Source: Mayamaea pseudoterrestris (lineage: Eukaryota). From it: DNA of 64,000 nucleotides. Each line of letters begins with the position of its first letter. Position 1 is the first letter of the stretch. The DNA lies in contig BROI01000002.1 of NCBI GenBank assembly GCA_027923505.1, positions 186,001 through 250,000 of the forward strand, given 5' to 3'. The notes under the pieces are model-generated. The model was not told the origin of the DNA and did not search any database. It saw nothing but the letters and a program-made list of their open reading frames with translations. Made by a program: the position numbers and the translations under genes. Positions 14,269-26,637 of the stretch are shown here, in pieces.

Positions 14269-15321
14269 TCAGCTTCGCCCCAATTGCTGGAGAACTTTAA
14301 TCATATTGCCCTTGTTAGTTCGAAGGTGCTCATAAAAAACGTGGCTGTCCACGTTGGTCATGGCAGCAATGAGGCGGCTTCGGCTTTGAGTCATATTCTG
14401 CGCATCTCCTATGGCAGCAAAGCGTGGAATGGAGTTTCGTATTTGAACATTCGCAACGAGAATCTGCTTGAGTCGACACAGCATCTCGTAATCAATGTCT
14501 TGACCAACGTTGTCGTGATCGCCGTGGCCAGACAGAACAAAACCGTATCGGTACACGCGGCCGTTGTGGCGGGTTCCACGTCCCAGAAAGGTCATACTTT
14601 CCAGCACGCTAGCACTACTGTTGACAATCGCAGAACAAAAGGATTTGAAGAGTTCACAGTTGACGATGCCGTCATAAGTAATGCGTACCAACGAGGGTCG
14701 AGCAATTGCCTCACCTGCCTCCTTGAGACAGGCGACTGGGAAACTGACGTAATATAATGCAATTGATTGGATAGGGTTTCCCGCCAGAAAAGCATACAAA
14801 ACGCTTGCCTCCTCTGCCGTGAAGTCAAATTCTCTAATGTTCACATTCGCAATGCTACCAATAGTGCAGCGAAATGTAGCGGCATTGTCGTTGCCCAACT
14901 CGGATTGCTTGCCGCTTGTCAACATTCCAATACCAGTGAAGAACGCTACTGCAAGCGGCCCAAACGCCTCAGAGATATTGAGTCGTTTCAATGAGTTTAC
15001 GGTGGACAACATGCGCGCAACTTCTTGTACGCAAGCCAATAGACGTCTGCTCGAAGGAGGCTTTAAGATCAACTCGTTGCTTCCATTTTCCTTTAGGTTG
15101 AGCGAGAGCTCCTCAATACAATTTGGAGTTATGGCGTCACGCAAAAGACTCATATAGAAATCATCCTTGGCCACGAGGAGAAAGATGGAAGGTTTCAAGC
15201 GAAGATCCTTCGCTTCGCGAATGCGCCGCAGTTGGTAGTGGAAATACGAAGTAGCCCCCTTGAGCCAGATTTCGTGATTTTTCGCGGCTATTTTGCTGCT
15301 TTCGATACTTAGTTTACTCAT
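14269..15321 (-). CDS. Hypothetical protein, possibly a degenerate RI-like LRR family member
   Basis: ORF of about 350 aa from ATG 15321 with LxxLxL-like segments (IEELSLNL, LKRLNIS). No confident family. Confidence 0.6.
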   Translation of the reverse strand: MSKLSIESSKIAAKNHEIWLKGATSYFHYQLRRIREAKDLRLKPSIFLLVAKDDFYMSLLRDAITPNCIEELSLNLKENGSNELILKPPSSRRLLACVQEVARMLSTVNSLKRLNISEAFGPLAVAFFTGIGMLTSGKQSELGNDNAATFRCTIGSIANVNIREFDFTAEEASVLYAFLAGNPIQSIALYYVSFPVACLKEAGEAIARPSLVRITYDGIVNCELFKSFCSAIVNSSASVLESMTFLGRGTRHNGRVYRYGFVLSGHGDHDNVGQDIDYEMLCRLKQILVANVQIRNSIPRFAAIGDAQNMTQSRSRLIAAMTNVDSHVFYEHLRTNKGNMIKVLQQLGRS

Positions 15322-15707
15322 GGTGATGAAGGTAGGAGTGAAATACAAGTATGATGAACGTCCGCATATGATATCGCAAGAAGAATGTTGGTCGATGGCA
15401 TTCGTTTTGGAGTCGACACGCTGCGCCGCGCGCGCACTGTATCGCCAAAAGAGTACCGATAAGACATCAGTACCGTTCAGATTCTTGTTTCGCTGCGACT
15501 TTCACATCGGCGCGGGGCGCGCCGCACCATCCGCTCGATGCTTGATCTTCTTGGAAGAGGCACATAACGCACTCTCCAAACGACTCTAGATCCTCTCTCT
15601 CTATTACATGTGCGAATTCTGCAGTAACCCATTCAACGTCAATCGAGACAGCAGTCGTCCAGAGTTTGCCGGCTTCTTTTCGGTCGACGCCATTCAAGCC
15701 GCCGTCG

Positions 15708-17246
15708 ATGCGTCTCGCACCCGCTCGTCAAGCGACGACGACGAATCCGCCGCGGACGACGACACGGATGGAACATAGCATGCAGCATCGTTTGCTTGCC
15801 ACGATGAGACTGCAAGCGACGAATAGCATTGCGGCAGACGCGGCAAGTTTTGCAGACAATGGCAGTGCAGCGCTGGTTCCAGGCGCAACCCCAATTCCAG
15901 TCCCAAATCTTCCATCGCTCTACCAGCTACCATCCAACTTGTATGCCACCTATCGCCCCGTTCCAAATTCTGCCAAGGCTTCCATTTGGCTCTTTGCCTT
16001 GATTGTGGCTACCATGACGACGAGAAACGTCAAGTCATTGGCCATGCGAATACTGACCATGACACTCTCGTTTCCTTGGAGGCGCAAGTTGTTTTTCCTG
16101 CTGTGCAAGACGGTCGCCATTGGATTACTTTCCATGCTCGTCGCTCAAGACTTGCACTGGGGACCGTCGCGCGTGACGGTGCAGCAGCTGGAGCAAGACT
16201 ACTGGCTGCCGAGTGCGTGTTCCAAGTTTCAAGTGTTGAATGTTGCAACTAGTAACGATTCAACCATTCCACTTGGAGTGCATTACCTTCAAGTCGACAA
16301 TGAGGATGCTACTGCCGCTGCTGCAAACGAAAATGGAACTACGGCAATTTACGTCAATCATGGGTTCGGCGCGTCATCCTTGTCGTGGCTGCCGGCCATG
16401 GAGCCACTGGCGTCCAAACTAAAGGCGAGATTTGTATTGGGCCACGACGCCACGGGCTTTGGCTTTACGGAACGTCCAGGCGAAGCAGAAATGTTTACCT
16501 ATCATGGCTCGGCCGAGATTGGCTTGGCGGTTTGGAACCATGTCATTGAGCATGGCAGCAGCAGCAATTCTGCCAACGTTTCACGCGTCATTCTCATGGG
16601 ACATTCCATGGGCTCGCTGGCAACCTTGCGCATGGCGCTTGACATGGACGAGTCGTTACACAAGCACGTTATACTAGTCTCGCCCGCACTGCAGCGTCAG
16701 AGGCATTCTGCAGGCAGCAGGAGCAATTTGGTGGGTCGGCTCTTGTTTCGTGTACCGCTGTTGCGATACATACTGGATGTTCCTGCGGCGTATGTGTTGC
16801 GGCGCATTGTTGGAACGCCAGGCGCTTGGCGCAAGGGACTGCAGCAGGCTTGGGGCGATCCAAACAAGTTGTTGGATTCGGACGTTTTGCGGTTCCAGTG
16901 GCCGTCCATTGGAAAGGGATGGGAAATGGGACTGCTGGCGTTTTCGCACGCGCAAAGTGCCAAGCGTGACATTACTGACAAGGAACTGGTGAAACGTGTG
17001 TTGCAACTACCAAACACGACGTTCAGTGTCATTGTATCGTCCAAGGATCGTGTCGTTCCACCCAAGAGTATTCGAGACTTTTTCGAGGAATTTCCATCCG
17101 TTGCAATCGAAGAAATGGAAGGCCTAGGACATGATCCTTTTGAAGAGGACGTTCCAACCTTTGTCGACACAGTGGAGCGTATTATACGAAAGCAGCGCTC
17201 GTTTAATCTTGTGGCAGAAGGTTCAACGACTGCTGCTGAAGCATGA
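15708..17246 (+). CDS. Alpha/beta hydrolase fold protein with N-terminal membrane segments
   Basis: HGFGAS oxyanion loop, GHSMG nucleophile elbow, DRVVP acid and LGHDPFEE His. Start codon uncertain. Confidence 0.85.
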   Translation: MRLAPARQATTTNPPRTTTRMEHSMQHRLLATMRLQATNSIAADAASFADNGSAALVPGATPIPVPNLPSLYQLPSNLYATYRPVPNSAKASIWLFALIVATMTTRNVKSLAMRILTMTLSFPWRRKLFFLLCKTVAIGLLSMLVAQDLHWGPSRVTVQQLEQDYWLPSACSKFQVLNVATSNDSTIPLGVHYLQVDNEDATAAAANENGTTAIYVNHGFGASSLSWLPAMEPLASKLKARFVLGHDATGFGFTERPGEAEMFTYHGSAEIGLAVWNHVIEHGSSSNSANVSRVILMGHSMGSLATLRMALDMDESLHKHVILVSPALQRQRHSAGSRSNLVGRLLFRVPLLRYILDVPAAYVLRRIVGTPGAWRKGLQQAWGDPNKLLDSDVLRFQWPSIGKGWEMGLLAFSHAQSAKRDITDKELVKRVLQLPNTTFSVIVSSKDRVVPPKSIRDFFEEFPSVAIEEMEGLGHDPFEEDVPTFVDTVERIIRKQRSFNLVAEGSTTAAEA

Positions 17247-17379
17247 GCAAGCATCGCAGCTATAGACGCACTACCAACAACACTCAGTCTAAAATGACAT
17301 GTAATGTTTTTAAATATAGTAATTTATGTATCCTCGAGAAGATATTTAGCACATGTACCGGTATGAGCTGCTTAATAGC

Positions 17380-18018
17380 TCAAGCAGCTGCTGCACGCCG
17401 AGCAATTGAAACAAAATTGCGAAAGTTGCACATGCGTTCCGACGATTCCAATGCATTCACTGTAGGCGCATTTGTTTCATTCGATGACCGAAGTCGATCC
17501 GACCTGCCACTGGATGAAGTTTGCCGCTGACGCTGACTCGACTGGCGATGGCTCCTGTTGCGACTGTGGCGATGAGGTTGCGCAACACCGGTTTCGGACT
17601 CGTGAATCTTTCGTTCCAGACGCTTCAAAATTTTCTTGTGCTTCTCCTTGTGTAGGGGAACAAAGCCAACTATTCCGACCTTTTCCAAATCTGCCATGTC
17701 CGACTTCAGCTCGACTGTGTTCGCCTCGCACCAGTGATGAATCCGGTTCTCCAGAGAACTGTTCCCAACAATGTCCTTGGGCGCGAGTGGTGTCCTTGTC
17801 AAGGGACATACACCGGACCCATTCTGAAGCCAGGAGATAATGGCTGATCTCTCATAGTTGACTCCAGCTCGCGTCATGACCGGGCAGACCATGATTTGAA
17901 GCGTAATGGGACAAATGAATTCGGATGGGATTGTAACTGCATTGGCGCGCTCCACATTGTTGCGTTCGTCTTCGCTTGTCTGGGATGCGACAATGTTGTC
18001 AAGCTGGAAGGCATTCAT
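17380..18018 (-). CDS. U-box domain protein
   Basis: IPSEFICPITLQIMVCPVMTRAGVNYERSAIISWL...CPLTRTPL...N..L...I is a canonical U-box. Confidence 0.9.
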   Translation of the reverse strand: MNAFQLDNIVASQTSEDERNNVERANAVTIPSEFICPITLQIMVCPVMTRAGVNYERSAIISWLQNGSGVCPLTRTPLAPKDIVGNSSLENRIHHWCEANTVELKSDMADLEKVGIVGFVPLHKEKHKKILKRLERKIHESETGVAQPHRHSRNRSHRQSSQRQRQTSSSGRSDRLRSSNETNAPTVNALESSERMCNFRNFVSIARRAAAA

Positions 18019-19175
18019 TTTGCCGGATTGTAGCAGTGTTGAGATTAATTTGTGCCTGGATTCGAATTGTGAGCAAAGTGCAGAGTTGACTGGTTTAGTA
18101 CGATAAACAACATGGGAACTCAAGTGACAACTACGACTCAATAACAAGTGTCGCCGTGCAGAGTTCCTTCAGACAATTGTCTCCCCTTCGAGTTCCGTTC
18201 TGCGAGGACATTTCTGATCAATGGATAGATGATCAAGATAGGTTTGACAAGCATGCAACGTTAAGATTGAGACGCTGGTGTCGGGAGCATTCACGAGTAG
18301 AATCCAGTGAATGCTTAACGAACGAATGCTTCAATAAGAGACCGAGAAATTTGTATGATGTTCGTGAATTTGCATTCGTTATGCCGTTCGCTCACGAACA
18401 AATGGCTTGAAGGGCAATTGCAAATATTCATGCATGATTGATTGTCAATGTCAATGACGAACGTCCGACAAGGGCAATTGCGACTCCCCGTTGCCGCAAA
18501 ATGTCGAGGCAGACCCAATTCTGATTGGCATGACAAAAAATGCGTTCAATACCGGATGTACCGGATGTATTCGTAAAAAGGCAGGCCTTTTTGCTCAAAG
18601 CCACCAGTTTAGGCTCTTTGATCCCACTGGGTACTTTAGTCGAGGATGCCGCAACCAATCTTGCATTGTTCACTGCTTACCGTATGCAGGCACTATACGT
18701 GGAACCATTTCTGTCCCGATTGCCCACTGTCATGGTCAACATACCACTTGATAAGTAGACCTTGTGTTTTCCAATTCATGGAAGTTTGTTACATGCATAC
18801 GGTACCGGTCGCGCAGCCCAGAATCAAATGAGGGCCTCTATCTGAAGCTCTACAGTCCACCTCCTGATGCACACAACATTAATGTTCTACATACTCTATA
18901 GCCTTATTGTGCAGCCCTTTGTCGACTGATCAGGTGCCTCTTCAAGGAATGCCCATATCTGTCATAATAACATGCAGTATGCAACTAACTGAAATGGCAA
19001 CTGTTTGGGACCCGAGCTGGGTCTTCGGCGAGTGGAGCACAAACGCCGAGTCACGCTTTGTCGCGCGGCCACCACTCGCCGCCACGCACATGAATCACCA
19101 TGGCAATCCATCGCATGCAGACTGCATTGACAGTAAATTGCTATCTCTCTATTCACGCGATTACTCAATCAAGTA

Positions 19176-19661
19176 ATGATGTCTCGACAATTCACATATC
19201 TGCTTGCACATAGACTGCAGCGTTCTTTCGCAGCTGCTGCACCACCAATCACACGCCTCGTCGTCACACCGACGGCGATTCATCGCCGTTCCTTCACAGC
19301 AACTACTACATTACCAAAAAAGGAAGGCAAATCTCCAAACCTTGTCTTAAAGGCCGGCCTCCCATTTGTCTTGTTTAGTGTCCTTGCCTCATGGGTCGTT
19401 TCCAGCGCACTCGACGGCAAGTTAAAGGAGCAGGAAGCCTCCCAAGGCAAAACGAGCCTTTCGCTTCGCCAAGCCAAGCTCCAGGAGGAGCATGACGAAA
19501 TGATGGGCCGACTCAACAAGATTGTACAAGCTGATTTCGATAATACAAAGAGAATCAAGCGGCCGCAGGAGATTTTGGAGGAGCGGCGGTTGGAGCGTGA
19601 GAGACGAAACAAGTGGTACCGGCGATGGTGGAGAGCAATTGCGGAGCGATTCCAAAAATAG
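19176..19661 (+). CDS. COX16: Cytochrome c oxidase assembly factor COX16-like, with mitochondrial-type presequence
   Basis: Arg/Ser/Thr-rich leader, GLPFVLFSVLASW TM segment, L.EE and DFDNTKRIKRP motifs. Confidence 0.7.
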   Translation: MMSRQFTYLLAHRLQRSFAAAAPPITRLVVTPTAIHRRSFTATTTLPKKEGKSPNLVLKAGLPFVLFSVLASWVVSSALDGKLKEQEASQGKTSLSLRQAKLQEEHDEMMGRLNKIVQADFDNTKRIKRPQEILEERRLERERRNKWYRRWWRAIAERFQK

Positions 19662-20163
19662 AGGTAGCCTGTGTCCAGAGTGCAGATTATAGGGCACGAG
19701 AGACTGCAATTAACAATTTATGGGAATCAGGCTCGAAGGCTGGCCTTCAAGATTGAAGAAGGAATCTGGTGTCGTTCCATTATGATGGAGTTATGGATCT
19801 GCATTTTGCAGCCTGTAGCCCGACTGATGGCAACACTCAATCAATCAATCAATCACCGAAGTGATAAAAGTAACTCAGAAACTGATTGTTTTGCTTGCGC
19901 TAGCAGCATTCCCAGCATGTGGTCTGCTACCTTGCGTTATAGTACATTTTGGACTGAAACTTTGTGAATAGCGAGTCTCACGTATGGCTTTGCGCCCATG
20001 CCCACAAGACCCTTCAAGGTTTGATCTAACTATACATGATAGATACGTTTATATTCGTATATGTAAGTGTAAATGTGTATGATGTGCTTATGCCAATAGC
20101 TGCTAGCAAGTATATTTGTGTCATGGTATTCCGCAACCACCATCATCAGTCGTACCGGCAGGA

Positions 20164-21256
20164 CTACACCGCCACAATGTTATCGGATATTGGTTCCGTC
20201 AGCAAGTCATCCGTCTCCTTCAAAATGTCTCGAAGTGTTTGATCCATGTAGGCTTCGTCCACCTTTTCTTCCATTTTTGCTTTTTCTGCAACCACGTTTG
20301 GACGAAAGGCACCTGGACCCAGATACATGAATGGCATGCCCCACGCCGAAACGCACTGAGTGTTCGCGGCGCTCGTCAGAAACAATGAATCAAAGCTCTT
20401 CGTCTTGTTGTTCACATGCTGCGGTCGTTTATGAATTAAATAGTCGATTTCGCTGGATACAACAGAGTTGGATGACTGACACTGCGCCGGTGGCATGTTT
20501 TGCGACACGACATCTTCACTACCAACGGTCACCTTTGACAAAGCGGCACACGTTTCTTGCTGCACTCCCACTGGCTTCATTTTGTAAAAATCTGGCTCAT
20601 GCTCCGGGTCGGATCGACTTCGGACGCGCGTTCCCTTGATTTTGCAGCGCTGAATGCGCGAGAGCAAAAACGGTTTGCCGCGGAGAAAGCAGGGATGGTA
20701 GTAGGCCGATCGATCGGGGCCTGTAATTACAATAACAATAGACTTGTAAGAAAGACTGAAACAACGACGAAGCAAAAGTCATTCTGCTCCAGTTCTTCTC
20801 TCTTCCAGGAGCATCATGACGCGCATCTCTACAGCACGAACCTTTTGTGAGTCTCAGAAATGAATACAGGTTGAGCTGCCGGTTGTAGCTCGATACCTTG
20901 GACAGCTTAAAGTATTTGGGTAGCAAAGCAACTAATTCTTCTGGCTTGTGCACGACAAAGGCCCGTCCATGAGGCTGCCAGCTTACAATCGAAGTGTCTC
21001 CGCTGGCATGAATGTCCTCCAGCATGTAGTACAGCTTGACTGGAAACGGAACATTGGCCGACGCATGGATGGAGCCGCGATTGATCGGGCTCTGCTCATG
21101 GAGCGGACAAGGCTCATCCGCATAGTCATGGTAGTCGTGGGTCACTGTGAGGTAGGAGTTGCTGCTGGCGACATGGTCGGCCTGCGATTCGCTCGACGGA
21201 CACGTGAATCGGGTGCGCCGGGAGCTGCTGCCAGTTGTAGAACTTGACGTGCACAT
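20164..21256 (-). CDS. Heat shock factor (HSF-type DNA-binding domain); intron 20841-20721
   Basis: PFPVKLYYML..IVSWQPHGRAFVVHKP...LPKYF...SSYNRQLNLYSFLRLTKG is spliced (GTTCGT..ACAG) in frame to PDRSAYYHPCFLRGKP. Confidence 0.92.
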
Positions 21257-22309
21257 GGTTGCGTTAGCGTTGTAGTGTTGATTGATTTGATTTGATTTTG
21301 ACTTGAGATGGATGAAGCAATTCGCATATGGATTGTGCGAGTAATGGCCTCGTGAAGATTGTTTTCCAACCGCCTCGATTTTTCGCGCGTGACACTCTTG
21401 CATGTTCCACAGAATACTCCCCAGCTGTTCCAAGGCGCGAGTGAGAAGGCGAAGAACATCAATAGCTCGCCAGCACGGATGAAAAGAACGCTATTAGTAA
21501 AAGAACACTGATCGTCCGTCGGAACGGTTCTGCGAGTGACATCGAGCCGCGGGCCCGCATCACCACCATGATGATGGATTACCGTACTGCCCTCTTCGTC
21601 CTGTAAATTAATGATTAACGATGATTGCCGGATACGAGTCTCCTCGTTCTCACGATGTCTCAAAATTGACTTTCGAGACGAGTGCATGAGCTCTCCAAGA
21701 ACTGAAGAACAATTTTAGACCGTCGCCGATTCGCTCGTCTCAAACACGGACAATTGGCGATGTTTTTACGACTCGTCAAATCTACGCAATTTACGTTCAA
21801 ACGTCATCCTCAGTATCATAAATATCATACCCTGCTTGCTGTAGCGTCGAGAAGTGATGCCTATACAATGGATTTTTTAATGCTTCCGCCGTAAGCTACG
21901 TCGACTTTCCGACTCACCCTTACAGATTACTGGTCACGAGGGAACGCAACAATGATGTTCAGACTGATGATGTAATGTCTTAGTTGGAACGTAAGATTTA
22001 CCGGCCTCGATATTTGACTAATGCGTAGAAAATGCAGCGTTCCGAGCCAGCCTTGTCTCTAACGCGTTGATAAGACTCGTCATAGACAAGCATCCAAGGC
22101 TCTGGACGCTAGGCAACTTCAAACGGCGGGATAAGGAGGAACGCCAAGATTGCAGAGGCTGAGTAGGCTGCCGCTGAAGCAGTAAAAGCTGCAGCGGCCA
22201 CCAGCGGTAATGGTCGATTTTCCGAATAGATGGACCGAAATTTGTCTGGATCGCCTTGCCAATCAACTTGCGATTTGCTCCATGCGCAAACAAGTCTATA
22301 GTTTTTCAT

Positions 22310-23879
22310 TTACCTTAATCGTTTTTGGTACTGCCTAAATGCTTTATCAAGTCGGATAAGAAATTCGTCTAGTTCCGCCGGTCGCACTCCAATGGCAACC
22401 GCAGCCGTCATGTAGGCATGAGGATAGTTGTCCGTCGAACTTCCAAACCCTTTAAACTCAATCGTTCCTATTCGCTTCGTCTCGCCTCGAGGAACGACGC
22501 GAGTACCACTGACGCAGCGACTAAACAGCATGGCACCAAACGTGGAAATATCCTTCGAAACTGCCTTGAGATAGTCGTTCTCATTTTCATCCGGATTACG
22601 AGGTCTTGCTAGCTTGTCCAAAGTGATACCAAATGAAATTGTATTGTGATCTGTGCACAGGAGGAGGCGCTCTCCGTGTCGATCTGCCACAGCTTGCAGC
22701 CGAGCAGGAAATGCTTGTGCAAGTTCGTTTCGCTCCTTCAGCAAGCGCTCGTATCCTTTCAAGCCCATGGAAAGGAGCGTGATGAACAAGTCAATGACTG
22801 GTGACGATGAAGCGCGGCCAGCGTATAGTTTGCCGATATTTTGAATAATGGAATCGGACGGAGATGTGACAATTGATCCGCCTGTAGACGAGGGAAATTA
22901 TGAGTAAGGTTTACAATGTCAAAGCAATAATCGAAAGGTTTCACATACCAACTGGAACAAGAAAGTTCTTGTCCGTGGACGACACAATGGCATCTACTTT
23001 GCCCAGCACGCAGGCGCGATTGATAAGCTTGCATGTTTTCGCACATTGCAGGCCGTAGGCATTGTTAATGATATGATACACTCCTTGCGATGCACAAAGC
23101 TGAGCCACATGATCCACCTTGTCGGGTATACGAGGAGCAAAGCAAGACGTGGTTGTAATGACAGCCAACACCTTTCCGGCATTGTCCTCAAGCATTCGCT
23201 CCATGGTGACGAGATCAGTCACAACTTGGTCGCCATCCAGTACGGTTGGAACGACTATGCATGTCATGCCTGCGGATTGAATAGCCTTGAAACAACTCTT
23301 TTGGTCAATCCTGCTCCACAGTACAATATTTCGCTGCAATTTCTCTTCATCGCGAAAGCTTGACAGCACCAGAGACATGGACATGCCAGTGCACAGCGGC
23401 AGCAAGATGCCATGCGCCGCAGCAGTCTTGGCGTTCAAACCGCTACCACGCCGCATGGCATCCAGTGTCAGCAGCAACGTGAGTTTCACTAAAACGCTCG
23501 AGCCGACCGCCTTGGGCTGCGGCTCGGTTATGTCGCCGGATCGTCCCATGCCGTGCGCGAATCCATAGTGCCGCTGCGAAACGAGGGATGAATAGACGCG
23601 ACCTTCTCGCTCACCCACCCCGGTCCATCGTGTATCACTCGAATCGTTCGAGCTGCAGCATGTTGGTAGTTTATTGTTCGTGTCCAGTGTTGAAAGGAGA
23701 AATAGTAGTTGCTGTATTTGCACGTCAGTCCATCCGTGATCTGGCAGTCGTCGATTCGCAAAGAGGGAATAAAATCGCTTATTCGCGGCTATAACGTTTG
23801 AGACACCGACCGTAGCATGAGTTTTGGGTATTCTGAGAGCTGTAAAGCAGGCTATTATCTCGTCAGGCGATGCCGTCAT
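22310..23879 (-). CDS. SEPSECS: O-phosphoseryl-tRNA(Sec) selenium transferase; intron 22948-22882
   Basis: Motifs GVGEREGRV, HGMGRSGDITEPQPKAVGSS, WSRIDQKSC, TTSCFAPR, HIINNAYG, the PLP-lysine motif STDKNFLVPVGG (across the intron) and YAGRAS. Confidence 0.95.
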
Positions 23880-24102
23880 GGTGATGGATGACGAGAATGA
23901 TGTCGGTGGAGGCACTATCATCGATGAAACGCAAAAATGTTTTTGTCGCAGCGGGTCACAATAGTTGGAACCTCTGCGACTACAAGTACCGATATGCAAG
24001 AGTAGCGACCCAATATGAGCATATCTATGCAAGTATATATTAGTATCACGTCCGAGCAGAAGACTTGAGTTATAAATCATTGTTGGTCGTCACTTGCCGA
24101 CT

Positions 24103-24948
24103 CTAGTAGCTCGTCGCCATGGCCCATTCAAAGGCATCCACGTCAGTTGCGCCCACAATCACTCCTGGTGGAGGAATGGAAACTTCGTCCGTGTCATCCA
24201 ATCCCAATTCGTATCGCAGCAAGTCTTCTTGCTTCATCCGATGCTCGCAATTGATGCTGAATGATTGAATCGCGCGCAGACGCTCCGTTTGTGGATCTTG
24301 CAATAGCACTTTATTTGCATCCGACTCCTTCAACGCTTGATAATGCTCCACCATGACTGGACAAAGTCTTGACAAAAATAAGGACTTGCCTTCTATCAGT
24401 GGTAACGTATCAAAGCCCTCGACAAGCGAAAAGTCTGCATCCTTTGGCAAGCAATACATTGTCGTAGTGACACCCACTGCCATGGACGCGGCTACATCGA
24501 GAATCCAGTCCAATATATTTTTGATTGAAGAGTACTTGGTATCACTCGAGCTGCCCGCTCGTTTGACGTGTATGTCGGATCTAGGAGAAACCTGACTGCT
24601 CTGTCGAAAGGGACTGTTGCTGCTGCCTCTACCAGTTTGTCCTTGATGTCGCTGCTGCTGCACTTGCTGCAATCTATAGACTTGTCTCCAGTGCCATTTT
24701 CGCAACAATATCAGCGACAAGGATGCTGCCAAGATTCCCTTTGGAATGGCCGTTCGAATGCTTTGTATATATGGAGCCAAGACTTTGTCAACTGGATCGT
24801 CTACCGGTAGGTCAGGTGGCTGCTGCCGCCGCCGCTGCTGCCGTTCTTGTATCAACTTCTGGACCAGTGCCCGAGTGATACTATTTGATATTTGCTCTTC
24901 CTGCTGAACGCGATCGGTGGAACTATTAGCGGAACGAGTAGTTGGCAT
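24103..24948 (-). CDS. Hypothetical protein with two hydrophobic segments
   Basis: 281-aa ATG-initiated ORF with two TM-like stretches and C-terminal SRLCP / IPPPGV motifs. Confidence 0.7.
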   Translation of the reverse strand: MPTTRSANSSTDRVQQEEQISNSITRALVQKLIQERQQRRRQQPPDLPVDDPVDKVLAPYIQSIRTAIPKGILAASLSLILLRKWHWRQVYRLQQVQQQRHQGQTGRGSSNSPFRQSSQVSPRSDIHVKRAGSSSDTKYSSIKNILDWILDVAASMAVGVTTTMYCLPKDADFSLVEGFDTLPLIEGKSLFLSRLCPVMVEHYQALKESDANKVLLQDPQTERLRAIQSFSINCEHRMKQEDLLRYELGLDDTDEVSIPPPGVIVGATDVDAFEWAMATSY

Positions 24949-25206
24949 TGTTTAAAATGGTTGAGGTGCTTGTTGTGCAGGTTTCGAAGGATCTTTTGAA
25001 CGATGTTGCGGATGGCGAGCTTTCGCGGGAGTGAAAAGACGTGAGAACCTTTGCGACACTTTGATCTTCGCTCATCGATCTTCGTCGCAACCGCTCCACA
25101 CATCATCGTCACATCTCACATCGTCCATTCACTATCTTTCAGATGCAGTAATCTTGCTCATACGTACTTTAACAAAACTACATTCCATTATTATTCTATA
25201 AGAATC

Positions 25207-26328
25207 ATGTCAGACCCAAATAACTGGGTCAAGAACCCGCCATCAACCTTTGTCGTGATTCAAAATACGTCACGCGAAGCACTCAATAATCAAATGGGCA
25301 TTGTCGTTGGCTTTCAGTCGGACCGCTACATTATTGCACTCACCAAGACGCCTCGCATGGAACCAAAGAGCTTCAAGAGCGACAATTTACGAGTTGCATC
25401 CAAAATCGAGCAGTTTAAGGCGCAGTATGAACTGCTGACGAACGATCCGAACGTTCAGGCGCAGATTCAAAGTGCACTCCAGCAAGTCAAGCAAGTGACG
25501 GGATTGGACGCTCAGTACTTGGCGGGACTATTGGTTGCTCTATTAATTGCTAGTCTGTGGCTCCTTGGAATCAGCCGAACGCTAATGCTGATTTCCTTCT
25601 TGGCCATGACCGGCATGGTCTTGGTGCCGGCCTATCTTGAAACCAAATCGCTCCGGGGCGCACTCACCAAGGCGCCCGACCAATTGGCAAAGGTGCTGCG
25701 CGAGTCAAATCTTCCACTGGCAACAAGGATCGCCTCGAACAAAATGTACATGGCAATGCTGGTTGGATTCTTCGTCGCCTTTTTTGTTTCGGCCATGCTT
25801 CCAAAGTCAGTGGCTACTGCTGCCGTGGCGAGTGGTGCTGGACATCAGCGGTCGCTAACGTCTTGGATCACCGGAACGTCATCACCATCCGCGTCAACGA
25901 CTGCTAGTTCCATTAGCGCTGTTGACTTGGAAAAGTATTACAAGCTTGGCTTTGACGATGCGACGGAGCAAAAGGCGTTTGGAACGTCTCTGCCGGAAGC
26001 AGCTGCATCCGCCACATCAATGCCAATCAAACCTTCTGGTCCGCACCGCGTCGACCACGACGAATTCGACTACGCCAGCAGTAGCAGTGACAGTACGTAT
26101 AGTACCATGCCCAAGATGAAAAGCAAGTCGTCCCTCTTTTCCATTAGCAACGCCATGTGCGTCTTTGCCATTTTTCGAACCGTCAATGAACTTGGCCGCG
26201 ACGGACCAAACGGACAGATTGATTTGCGACGACTCTGGGCCAATATACAAGTGCAGCCGTTTTGGCGTCTGGGGTTGCTGGGGCTGTCAGTCTATCGGCT
26301 TGTTTCTTCCGTACTGGCGAGTTATTAG
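25207..26328 (+). CDS. Hypothetical multi-pass membrane protein
   Basis: ORF of about 373 aa from ATG 25207 with several TM segments and a YKLGFDDA motif; divergent from the 24948 gene. Confidence 0.72.
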   Translation: MSDPNNWVKNPPSTFVVIQNTSREALNNQMGIVVGFQSDRYIIALTKTPRMEPKSFKSDNLRVASKIEQFKAQYELLTNDPNVQAQIQSALQQVKQVTGLDAQYLAGLLVALLIASLWLLGISRTLMLISFLAMTGMVLVPAYLETKSLRGALTKAPDQLAKVLRESNLPLATRIASNKMYMAMLVGFFVAFFVSAMLPKSVATAAVASGAGHQRSLTSWITGTSSPSASTTASSISAVDLEKYYKLGFDDATEQKAFGTSLPEAAASATSMPIKPSGPHRVDHDEFDYASSSSDSTYSTMPKMKSKSSLFSISNAMCVFAIFRTVNELGRDGPNGQIDLRRLWANIQVQPFWRLGLLGLSVYRLVSSVLASY

Positions 26329-26637
26329 TATTTGGTACTATATAATTGTGAATGGAGCGAGAGTAGAGATGATCGAATACGGTATAACGACAGGAGAATT
26401 CGTTTGCATACGTTTGTTAGTAAGTTCGTAGCTGTAATCTATTTATCGTTTGTTATGCCGTCAAATCGAGCCGGTTTTTCTTATGCTCCTCAGTATGTGC
26501 GGCCATTGACGCGAGACAGGCAAGACGACTCCATCTATAAGTAAAGAACGACTCGCCTTTTCTCCTCAATTGTCGGCTTACCGAAGAACATACGGCCATT
26601 AAATACATCGACAGCAATAGCGTACCATACGGCAAAC

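Noticed and set aside
18150..19170. Several short overlapping ORFs in a 1-kb gap
   Set aside because: No motifs or consistent frame; treated as intergenic.
21260..22309. Short ORFs, including a hydrophobic Ala-rich peptide, between HSF and SepSecS; possible tRNA-Sec
   Set aside because: No recognisable domain, and no cloverleaf or T-loop signature seen by eye. tRNAscan-SE would settle it.
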